From NCBI GenBank assembly GCA_965237525.1, contig CBDEFO010000008.1, forward strand, positions 1,888,001 through 1,952,000: 64,000 nt of DNA, given 5' to 3'. Origin of the DNA: Candidatus Latescibacterota bacterium (lineage in GTDB: Bacteria; Latescibacterota; CBDEFO01). A program made the position numbers and the translations under genes. Position 1 is the first letter of the stretch. Each line of letters opens with the position of its first letter. Below the pieces are notes generated by a model. That model saw only the letters and a list, made by a program, of their open reading frames with translations. It did no database searches and was not told the origin of the DNA. Positions 9,579-17,866 of the stretch are shown here, piece after piece.

Positions 9579-10898
9579 ATGGCAAAAAAAGCGGCTTTCT
9601 ATACGGTGGGCTGTAAGCTAAATATTTATGAGACCGAGTCTTTAAAGAGCATCTTCGACAAGAACGGTTATCAGATAGTTGCCCCTGACGAGGGTGCGGA
9701 TGTCTATGTGATCAACACCTGTACGGTCACAAGTTACGGGGATTCGGATTGCAGGAAGTTGATCAGGAGGGCTGTCAGAAATAAAAAGGACGGGAAGGTC
9801 GTGGTGACGGGGTGCTATGCTCAGAGGAACCCTCTCGAAATTGCAGAGATCCCGGGCGTGGATTTAGTCCTGGGAAACAGGGAGAAGGGGAGACTCGTTG
9901 AGTATGTGAATAGTGTAGAAAGCGGAAATGGCTCGAATATCTTTGTAAGCGACAATCCACAGCCGGCCGAGTTTATAGATTTCCATACCTCTTATAAGAG
10001 CAATCTGACGAGGGCGACGCTCAAGCTTCAGGACGGATGCGACGAGCACTGCACCTATTGCATTATTCCGAGAGTTAGGGGAAGGAGCATAAGCCGTCCA
10101 CTGAGCGATATTGTGGATCAGACCAAAAGACTCGTGGCTTCAGGATATAGGGAAGTGGCCCTAACGGGCGTCAATACGGGAAGTTACGGCCTCGATTTAG
10201 AAGAGGATGTCGTCCTTTTAGACGTATTGAAAAAGCTGGACAGGATAGACGGGCTTCTGAGGATAAGGATGAACTCCCTGGAGCCGGGATGCGTCTCTGA
10301 TGATTTTATAGATTTTGCCGCAGATTCAGAGAAGATATGTCGGCACTTTCACGTCCCGCTGCAGAGTGGAGATGATATAGTCTTGAGGAGAATGGGGAGG
10401 AGCTACAGGACCGGATATTACGCCGAAACGATAGGCAAGATAGCTGATAAGATAAAGGGCTGTGCAATAGGCGCTGACGTGATGGTCGGTTTTCCGGGCG
10501 AAGATGAGGATGGGTTTTTAAACTCCTACAGGTTTATAGAAGAAATTCCACTTACGTATCTGCACGTGTTTTCCTACTCTCAGAGGGAAGGTACCCCCGC
10601 AGTCCGCATGAAGGGACACGTTTCCCCAGAGATAAAGGCGGAAAGAAGCAAAAGTATGAGGCAGTTGAGCAGAAAGAAGAGAATTGACTTTCAAAACAGC
10701 TTTCTGGGCAAAGGATTGGAAGTGCTGGTCGAGGACAACAGGGACAGTAAAACAGGACTTCTGACCGGCTTGAGCGACAACTATATCAGAGTCAGGCTGG
10801 ATGTGGATGAGGATAGGGTAAACGAAATTGTGGCAGCGCATATGGTGTGGACAGAAGGTGAAGCAGTATTGGGGGAGGTAAAAGAGGCAGGCGTATGA
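9579..10898 (+). CDS. mtaB: tRNA t6A methylthiotransferase
   Basis: GCKLN, INTCTVT, VTGCYAQ, CDEHCTYC, HVFSYSQREGT. Confidence 0.92.
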   Translation: MAKKAAFYTVGCKLNIYETESLKSIFDKNGYQIVAPDEGADVYVINTCTVTSYGDSDCRKLIRRAVRNKKDGKVVVTGCYAQRNPLEIAEIPGVDLVLGNREKGRLVEYVNSVESGNGSNIFVSDNPQPAEFIDFHTSYKSNLTRATLKLQDGCDEHCTYCIIPRVRGRSISRPLSDIVDQTKRLVASGYREVALTGVNTGSYGLDLEEDVVLLDVLKKLDRIDGLLRIRMNSLEPGCVSDDFIDFAADSEKICRHFHVPLQSGDDIVLRRMGRSYRTGYYAETIGKIADKIKGCAIGADVMVGFPGEDEDGFLNSYRFIEEIPLTYLHVFSYSQREGTPAVRMKGHVSPEIKAERSKSMRQLSRKKRIDFQNSFLGKGLEVLVEDNRDSKTGLLTGLSDNYIRVRLDVDEDRVNEIVAAHMVWTEGEAVLGEVKEAGV

Positions 10899-12298
10899 TA
10901 GACGTAAGAGACCAAATGCCCGATATTTTAATAAACGAAGTGGGATTTGCACAGAATGAGTCGGAAGGGCCCCTTGTGCAGGAAAATCCACTTGCAGCCG
11001 ACGCTCGGTCAAAGGCTGTATATATAGAGACCTACGGGTGCCAGATGAACGTCTCGGATTCTGAACTCATAGCGGGCGTATTTCTTAATGCGGGCTACAG
11101 AATCGCGCCGAATATGGATGAGGCGGATGTGATCCTTGTGAACACGTGCGCTGTGAGGGAAAGGGCCGAGGAGAGAGTGTTCGGAAGGCTCTCTGAGTTA
11201 AACAGGTATAAATTGAGGAATCCGGATTTAGTATTGGGGGTTTGCGGGTGCATGGCCAAGCATCTGGGGGAGAAGATTTCCCAGAGGGCTCCTTACGTGG
11301 ATATAGTGGCTAGCCCCGATTCTTACAGGAGGTTGCCCGATACCGTAGGTCGGATTTCAGGGGAGCCCCTTTTGGATCTGAAGCTGGACAGAGATGAGTT
11401 GTACATAGGCCTGGACCCCCTAAGGAGCGAGGGCGTGACTGCATGGGTGACTATAATGAGGGGATGTGACAAGTTCTGTTCCTTCTGCGTAGTTCCTTAT
11501 GTGAGAGGCAGGGAACGGGGCGTGCCTCCCCAGGAGGTTGTGCGTCAGGTGGAGGTACTGGCCTCTGAGGGATGCAAGGAGGTGACGCTCCTGGGGCAGA
11601 CTGTAAGTTCATACAGATACGACGGTGTGCGTTTTGCCGATCTTCTGGACATGGTCAGCAGAGTCGATGGGATCGAAAGGATGAGGTTCACCGCGCCGCA
11701 CCCGAGCGATTTTTCGGATAAGTTGATAGACACTGTTGCCCGAAACGATAAGGTCTGCAATCATGTTCATCTGCCACTACAGTCGGGATCGGACAGAGTC
11801 TTGAAGGCTATGAAGCGGGACTATACTTCGCACCGATATATGAATTTAGTGGAAAAAATAAGAGACAGGATTCCGGGAGTGGCTTTGACTACAGACGTGA
11901 TTGTGGGATTCTGCGGCGAGACTGACGATGATTTTGAGCTTACTTACGATCTTATGGAGAACGTAAGGTTCGACTCGGCCTTTATGTTCAAATACTCCCC
12001 AAGAGAAGGGACGTCTGCTTACAGGGAACTTGAGGACGACGTGTCAGAAGAGGTGAAATCCCAAAGGATTCGGGAGATTATAGATCTTCAGGAGTCCGTG
12101 TCTTTAGAGATAAATAGGGGCTTTGTAGGTAGTACCGTAAAGGTAATGGTAGATGGGACTTCAAAGAGGGACGAAGATAAGCTGTTCGGCAAGACAGACG
12201 GGTTCAAGACTGTGGTCTTTCCCAAAGAGGGTTACTCTCCGGGAGATATAGTAGATGTAAAGATCGGGGATGCCACGTCGCATACTCTGTTTGGATAA
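10895..12298 (+). CDS. miaB: tRNA i6A37 methylthiotransferase
   Basis: TYGCQMN, NTCAVRE, GCMA, CDKFCSFC, FKYSPREGT, TRAM domain. Confidence 0.95.
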   Translation: MIDVRDQMPDILINEVGFAQNESEGPLVQENPLAADARSKAVYIETYGCQMNVSDSELIAGVFLNAGYRIAPNMDEADVILVNTCAVRERAEERVFGRLSELNRYKLRNPDLVLGVCGCMAKHLGEKISQRAPYVDIVASPDSYRRLPDTVGRISGEPLLDLKLDRDELYIGLDPLRSEGVTAWVTIMRGCDKFCSFCVVPYVRGRERGVPPQEVVRQVEVLASEGCKEVTLLGQTVSSYRYDGVRFADLLDMVSRVDGIERMRFTAPHPSDFSDKLIDTVARNDKVCNHVHLPLQSGSDRVLKAMKRDYTSHRYMNLVEKIRDRIPGVALTTDVIVGFCGETDDDFELTYDLMENVRFDSAFMFKYSPREGTSAYRELEDDVSEEVKSQRIREIIDLQESVSLEINRGFVGSTVKVMVDGTSKRDEDKLFGKTDGFKTVVFPKEGYSPGDIVDVKIGDATSHTLFG

Positions 12299-12320
12299 AA
12301 CTTTTAGATAGCTACATATA

Positions 12321-12366
12321 GGGACGACGTTACCTTGCCCTACGGGCAGGGAAGCCATGCCCCTGC
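12321..12366 (-). repeat. GTAG-type REP-like doublet
   Basis: Minus strand GCAGGGGCA..TGCCC followed by GTAGGGCAAG..GTCCC in the miaB-lipA spacer. Confidence 0.5.
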
Positions 12367-12428
12367 GTTTTTGGGGAAAAAGGTTGCCTCTTCCCTCGGA
12401 AGACGATTGAGATTCTGAAAGGACGATT

Positions 12429-13322
12429 GTGAGAGAAGATAGACTCCCGAAATGGCTGAAGGTAAAGGGACCGGGCAGTCCGGGCTATATAGAGCTCAAG
12501 TCTTTGGTCAAGAAGCTGAACCTAAACACTGTGTGTGAGAGCGCACTCTGCCCAAATATTGGGGAGTGCTGGGGCAGCGGGACGGCTACATTCATGATCC
12601 TGGGGGATATATGCACCCGAAGCTGCGGATTCTGTGCAATAGCTACAGGGAGGCCGCAAAACCTCGATTTACAGGAGCCTGAGAGGGTGGCAAAAGCTGT
12701 GGAAGCCCTGGGATTGAGGCATGCTGTGATCACGTCGGTAAATAGAGATGAATTGGAAGACGGAGGGGCTAATATCTTTGCGGAAACGATAAGGAGAATA
12801 AGGCTTTACTGCTCTCAGACCAGCGTTGAGGTGTTAATTCCGGATTTTGAGGGAGACGGGGCAGCGCTCTGCACAGTGATGGAGGCAAAGCCAGACATTT
12901 TGAACCACAATATCGAGACCGTTCCCAGGCTCTATTACAGAGTAAGGCCGCAGGCTAAGTACCATAGATCTATAGAGCTGATAAGAAAGGCTAAACAATT
13001 TGGAGGCGCTATTACCAAGTCGGGGATGATGTTAGGAGTCGGAGAGGAGAAAGATGAAGTTTACGGGTGTATGAGGGATCTTGTGGACGCTGAATGCGAT
13101 ATTCTGACTCTGGGGCAGTATTTGAGGCCCTCCCCAAGGCATATCCCGATAGTAAGGTTCTATCATCCTGAGGAGTTTGAAGAGTTCAAACGTGCCGGTC
13201 ACCAGATGGGATTCAGCCATGTGGAGTCAGGTCCGCTGGTGAGGAGTTCCTATCACGCTGCAGATCAGGTGGTGCCACCTCTGCAGATGGACCGTCCGCT
13301 ACAGAATGAAGCGTTAGTGTAA
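12429..13322 (+). CDS. lipA: lipoyl synthase
   Basis: [24 protein letters not shown]. Confidence 0.97.
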   Translation: MREDRLPKWLKVKGPGSPGYIELKSLVKKLNLNTVCESALCPNIGECWGSGTATFMILGDICTRSCGFCAIATGRPQNLDLQEPERVAKAVEALGLRHAVITSVNRDELEDGGANIFAETIRRIRLYCSQTSVEVLIPDFEGDGAALCTVMEAKPDILNHNIETVPRLYYRVRPQAKYHRSIELIRKAKQFGGAITKSGMMLGVGEEKDEVYGCMRDLVDAECDILTLGQYLRPSPRHIPIVRFYHPEEFEEFKRAGHQMGFSHVESGPLVRSSYHAADQVVPPLQMDRPLQNEALV

Positions 13323-13401
13323 GTAGCATTAGTGTACGCCTCTGTTGTCCGAGGAGCGCTGAGGGGCAAGCGCCTTGTTGTGAGGAAACGAGAGAGATAG
13401 C

Positions 13402-14478
13402 GTGAGCAAACCCTGTCGCGGCTGGGATCACGGTAGTCAGGCTAGACCAGCCTCAGAGTATGACATCCGTTACGGCTCCGAGCTTCTGAAAGATGAAAGC
13501 TCTAAGTGGCCTAGCTACATAGTCGTATCAACTCCGCGTGCCTACAAAGCAGCGCAGCCGGACCTCTCTCAACAACCCGCGGGCGTGGCATATGCCGCCT
13601 GGCTGGATTCTGAATATCTTAAGGAATTAAGTGATGGCCTTCCCAACGGTGCGGAGCTTGTGATCGGGCTCGGGGGAGGGCGGGCGCTGGATGCTGCAAA
13701 GTGCGTAGCTCTTGAGAAGAATCTGTCGCTCATTCTGGTCCCCACGCTGGTATCAACAGGGGCTATTATCCACGGGGTTTTCGCCAGATGGGACGGTCGG
13801 AAGATAATCGGGTGGCTTGACGATTGGCCATGGATCGACTGCGAATACGTGCTCGTAGATTACGATCTGGTGCAGAGAGCGCCCCACTATCTGAATACAG
13901 CCGGGCTTGGCGACGTGCTCTGTGGCTACGCCGGGGTTGCAGAATGGAGACGGAGCTCCAAACTCGGAATTGATCCTCCTTGCGACGAGGAGGTCGTAGC
14001 CGCGCTTATCGAGTACCACGAAGAACTCGTCGGAGGTTTCCTAAGGACGCTCGACGATCAGGGCAGCTTGACTGCGGAGAGTGTCCGTTTCATTGTGACC
14101 GCCCTGCAGGAGCGCGATTCAAAGGCGCTCCGCCATCTGGCCGCTCCGAGTGGAGACCACTTGTTTCTAATTGCTCTAGAGCTTGTGAACGACAAATGTT
14201 GGATCCACGGAGAGGTCGTCGCCCTCGGCGCTGTAATCATCGCCTGGCAGTGCGACGAGTGTCCCGAAGCTCTGATCTCCAGGCTGGACAGGTGCAGGGT
14301 GCGACACCGGCCGACTCAGATGGGAATCAGCCGCGAGGAACTCAGCAAAGGACTTGAATTCGTTCCGAGCTTTATGGCAGAAATGGCGGGCAACCCAAAC
14401 GCCAACTCGATCATGTGCCACAAGCCCGTCACAGGGGCGAAGTTCGATGCCCTCTGGGAGTTCTTGGAGACAAAATAG
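13402..14478 (+). CDS. glycerol-1-phosphate dehydrogenase-like (EgsA/AraM, DHQS/Fe-ADH superfamily)
   Basis: GLGGGRALDAAK, VPT, AGLGD, GDH, HGEVVALG metal-binding histidines. Confidence 0.7.
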   Translation: MSKPCRGWDHGSQARPASEYDIRYGSELLKDESSKWPSYIVVSTPRAYKAAQPDLSQQPAGVAYAAWLDSEYLKELSDGLPNGAELVIGLGGGRALDAAKCVALEKNLSLILVPTLVSTGAIIHGVFARWDGRKIIGWLDDWPWIDCEYVLVDYDLVQRAPHYLNTAGLGDVLCGYAGVAEWRRSSKLGIDPPCDEEVVAALIEYHEELVGGFLRTLDDQGSLTAESVRFIVTALQERDSKALRHLAAPSGDHLFLIALELVNDKCWIHGEVVALGAVIIAWQCDECPEALISRLDRCRVRHRPTQMGISREELSKGLEFVPSFMAEMAGNPNANSIMCHKPVTGAKFDALWEFLETK

Positions 14479-14512
14479 GATACATGGAAGATAGATCTCA
14501 GGAAGAGGAGAT

Positions 14513-15502
14513 ATGGAAAAGATTCTCGCAGACGATATAGAAGGTAGGGTCATGGACGGGGTCGGCGTGGACTACGACGAAGCGCTTTTGCTGATGAATC
14601 TGGGAGGGGATGATGCATTTTGGCTCCTGGAGCTTGCGGACAGAGTAAGGGACAGGCATAAAGGAAACGAGGTGGCGTTTTGTTCAATAGTAAATGCCAA
14701 ATCGGGTAACTGTTCGGAGGACTGCGGCTTCTGCTCTCAATCTGCCTATTCTGATACTGGGATAGAGGAGTATCCCATGATGGATCCAGAGGAGATTGTG
14801 AAGGCCGCAAGGGACTCTCACAATATGAAGGCCACAAGGTTCGGGATAGTGATAGGCAGGAAAGGGATAAAATACAGCCCCAGGTCGGAGAGAGAAAAGA
14901 TATTTGAGGCTATAAGGGCTCTGAAAGAGGACGGGAGTGTGATCCCCGACGCATCTTTGGGGATACTGAGCTGGGAGACAGCGTTGGAGCTGAAGGAGGC
15001 GGGATTAGAGGGCTACCACCATAATTTAGAGACATCCCGAAGGTTCTTTCCGAATATATGCACCACTCACAGCTACGACGAGCGAGTTGAAACGATAAGA
15101 ATAGCAAAGGCTGCAGGGTTTTATGCGTGCAGTGGGGGGATATTCGGGATGGGAGAGTCGGTAGAGGATAGAGTGGACATGGCGTTTACGTTGAGGGAAT
15201 TGGACGTAGATTCTATCCCGGTGAATTTCCTGGTGGCAATCCCGGGGACGAAGTTAGAAAATCAAGAGCCGTTAGATCAACTCGAGATTTTAAAGATTAT
15301 CGCTGTGTATCGTCTGATCTTTCCGACCAAAGATATAAGGATGTGCGGGGGCAGAGAGAAGAATTTAGGTGATATGCAGTCGCTGATATTTGCGGCAGGA
15401 GCTAATGCTACTTTGATAGGAAATTACCTGACCACGTTCGGCAGGGAACCACTTCTGGATATAAAGATGGTCGAGGATTTAGGATTTGAGCTTACGAAGT
15501 GA
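14513..15502 (+). CDS. bioB: biotin synthase
   Basis: NAKSGNCSEDCGFCSQS, YHHNLETS, CSGGI, PVNFL, GNYLTT. Confidence 0.96.
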   Translation: MEKILADDIEGRVMDGVGVDYDEALLLMNLGGDDAFWLLELADRVRDRHKGNEVAFCSIVNAKSGNCSEDCGFCSQSAYSDTGIEEYPMMDPEEIVKAARDSHNMKATRFGIVIGRKGIKYSPRSEREKIFEAIRALKEDGSVIPDASLGILSWETALELKEAGLEGYHHNLETSRRFFPNICTTHSYDERVETIRIAKAAGFYACSGGIFGMGESVEDRVDMAFTLRELDVDSIPVNFLVAIPGTKLENQEPLDQLEILKIIAVYRLIFPTKDIRMCGGREKNLGDMQSLIFAAGANATLIGNYLTTFGREPLLDIKMVEDLGFELTK

Positions 15503-15528
15503 ACCTGAAGCCTTCAAAACAGCACACA

Positions 15529-15563
15529 AGGATGGGAGTGGTGTCTACTGTCTACTGTCTACT
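15529..15563 (+). repeat. GGATGGGAG-GTGTC + (TCTACTG)n composite repeat
   Basis: Inverted relative to 16248-16296; provides the phoU stop codon. Confidence 0.75.
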
Positions 15564-16228
15564 TGCTTCTCGCGGTAACCTATCCTGTGGAAGGGATTTA
15601 CGATTCCTGAAGCTATATTCATCAGATGAGCTCCGATCCTCTTTAGATATCTGAGATAGAGGGCTAAAGTTACGCCGTCTTTTAAGTGGAAAGGATGGTC
15701 CTCCTCCTCGATAAGATCAAACACGATCTGATCGCACCTTTTGGTGACTCTCCACAGATCATCTAACGTCTTGCGAGCCGTCTCTTTATCCGACTCCTTC
15801 AATGCGGAAACCAAAACCCTAAACTCCGACAAGATTACGCTTTCCATCCCTTTCAACTTCTCCTCAAACCGCCCTGCGTCGAGCCTATTGGGATGATGCA
15901 TTGCCAGTTCGACGACGTTCTTGGTGTAGTCCCCTATCCTTTCAATGTCGATTACGACGCTTGTCAACATTAGACCCGCGGAAATGTCCATCGGACCCGA
16001 TACGGCAAGGTGTGTCAAGACCTTCTTTCTGACCTCTCTTTCGTAGTCATTTATCTCCCTGTCCTTCTCCCAAATGTCTATCTCTATCTCCGTAGTGTCT
16101 CTTTCCCTGAGCGATTTGACGGCTTCTGCAAATAACTTCTCGTCCTTCTCCAACATAGTCTGAGAATCTCTCATTGCCTGAGCAAAGAGGTTGTCCCTTT
16201 TGAATATCTCCTGAAGTTCCTTTAACAT
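15545..16228 (-). CDS. PhoU domain protein
   Basis: DREINDYE, DIERIGDY, LKRIGAH PhoU repeats; downstream of the Na/Pi transporter. Confidence 0.8.
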   Translation of the reverse strand: MLKELQEIFKRDNLFAQAMRDSQTMLEKDEKLFAEAVKSLRERDTTEIEIDIWEKDREINDYEREVRKKVLTHLAVSGPMDISAGLMLTSVVIDIERIGDYTKNVVELAMHHPNRLDAGRFEEKLKGMESVILSEFRVLVSALKESDKETARKTLDDLWRVTKRCDQIVFDLIEEEDHPFHLKDGVTLALYLRYLKRIGAHLMNIASGIVNPFHRIGYREKQVDSRQ

Positions 16229-16247
16229 GATCTATCACCCCCAAATT

Positions 16248-16296
16248 AGTAGACAGTAGGCAGTAGACAGTAGATAGGACACCGCCTCCCATCCCT
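16248..16296 (-). repeat. composite heptamer repeat
   Basis: agtagacagtaggcagtagacagtagataggacaccgcctcccatccct. Confidence 0.75.
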
Positions 16297-16325
16297 GTAT
16301 GGTGTCTACTTGTTTGTCCTACCTA

Positions 16326-17471
16326 CTACCTCACAAAATAGATTAGAGTTATGGGTATAGCAAAAAATGCTAACAGAATGTACACAAGGGGTATGGCCTT
16401 GCTCTTTAAAGAGAAGTTTGCCAAGGCTCTGGCTAAAGATATAGGTACCTTTCTAATCGGCCAGATTATAACTATCCCGAACACGTTAAATAGCAGATGG
16501 GCAAAAGACACAGTTACAGCCGATATGTTCCCTGTCGCAAGCGAAGCTAAAATAGCGGTCACGGTGGTGCCTATGTTGGCTCCCAACGTATAGGGGAATA
16601 TCTGCTCTAAGGTCAAAATTCCCGCCCCTGCCAGGGGCACAGCGATAGACGTGGTTATGGAACTGCTCTGAACCATAACAGTTAATATCATCCCAAAGAG
16701 CATAGCTCTTAAGGCGGTCCTGAAGATGTACCTGTCGAAGAAGACCTCAATTCTCGATAAGACTAAGGATTTTAAGGTAATTACAATATATCTTAAGGCC
16801 ATAAAGAGCAGTGCCAGAGACGCTATAATCATCAGAAGCTCTGCCAGATCGATCTTAAATAATGTGATTTTCCCGGCAGCATAAATCATCACCTTTTCGA
16901 TAAAGCCAACAGCCGGCTGAACTATCAGCTTAAGAGGACTGGTGAATTTCAATCCCCCCGCCTTATCGAAGGCGCCCGCAAGCTCTCCGGACGCCCATCC
17001 GAGTATATTAGTCCGAAGATGTAAAGGGAAGAGAATAACCACGGCTATGATATTGAAAAAGTCGTGAACTGTGGAACTTGCGAACGCTCGCTTGAACTCA
17101 TCGCTCCTTGAAATGTGCGCTACCGAGACTATGGTGTTGGTCACACTCGTCCCTATGTTCGCCCCCATAACGATTGGGATAGCGTTTTGGATTGAGATCA
17201 CGTCTCCTCCTACCATCCCTACCAATATAGAAGTCGTTGTGGAAGAACTTTGAACCAGACTCGTAGCTAATATCCCTATCAACAGTCCCACAAACGGATT
17301 GGAGGTCGTCGCCAGCATCTCCTTTGCCGCGCCCTTTCCCAGCGATTTGAACGCCGTGCCCATCAAAGAGATGCTGACCAGGAAAATATATAAAAGCAGT
17401 AACAGCAATATAACCCTGCCGATTGTCTGACCTCTTTTAGGAGAATCCTCACCAATTGCTACTTGAGCCAT
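16326..17471 (-). CDS. Na+/phosphate cotransporter (NptA/SLC34 family)
   Basis: Two QSSS motifs, each followed by GANIGT. Confidence 0.92.
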   Translation of the reverse strand: MAQVAIGEDSPKRGQTIGRVILLLLLLYIFLVSISLMGTAFKSLGKGAAKEMLATTSNPFVGLLIGILATSLVQSSSTTTSILVGMVGGDVISIQNAIPIVMGANIGTSVTNTIVSVAHISRSDEFKRAFASSTVHDFFNIIAVVILFPLHLRTNILGWASGELAGAFDKAGGLKFTSPLKLIVQPAVGFIEKVMIYAAGKITLFKIDLAELLMIIASLALLFMALRYIVITLKSLVLSRIEVFFDRYIFRTALRAMLFGMILTVMVQSSSITTSIAVPLAGAGILTLEQIFPYTLGANIGTTVTAILASLATGNISAVTVSFAHLLFNVFGIVIIWPIRKVPISLARALANFSLKSKAIPLVYILLAFFAIPITLIYFVR

Positions 17472-17487
17472 GTCTCTCCCTCAAAAT

Positions 17488-17554
17488 AAGTAGACAGTAA
17501 ACAGCATACGGTAGACAGGGTATCCCCTCTTCCGTTCCCAGGACAGTAGACAGT
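17488..17554 (+). repeat. (CAGTAGA)n heptamer repeats
   Basis: aagtagacagtaaacagcatacggtagacag...gacagtagacagt. Confidence 0.7.
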
Positions 17555-17780
17555 GGAGCTGGCACCTTGCATATAATTCCTGGAATCAGATCTCCTTCCA
17601 TCCACAACGCTTTAGAAGATGGTCAAAGATTATCCTGATGTCAAGTATTTATTTGCAGATTATAGATAAGAGCAATATTGTGAAGCTAAATCCTTGAGGA
17701 TGTGAGTGTGCTCTCAAAAAAGAACGATCTTCAAGGAGTCTAAAAGCGTCTAATATAAGAACTCAAGAATCAGTGTCCGC

Positions 17781-17809
17781 TTGACAATCCCTTGCATTAT
17801 ATGTACCTT
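17781..17809 (+). promoter_or_regulatory. sigma70-like promoter
   Basis: TTGACA-17 nt-TACCTT upstream of 17867. Confidence 0.5.
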
Positions 17810-17866
17810 CTGAAAGTCCTTACAACCCAACAAGTTCTGATTCCCGCAGGAATATGAGTTTTCCCC

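Noticed and set aside
17560..17573. sigma54 promoter TGGCACCTTGCA
   Set aside because: The GG-to-GC spacing is too short for a -24/-12 element
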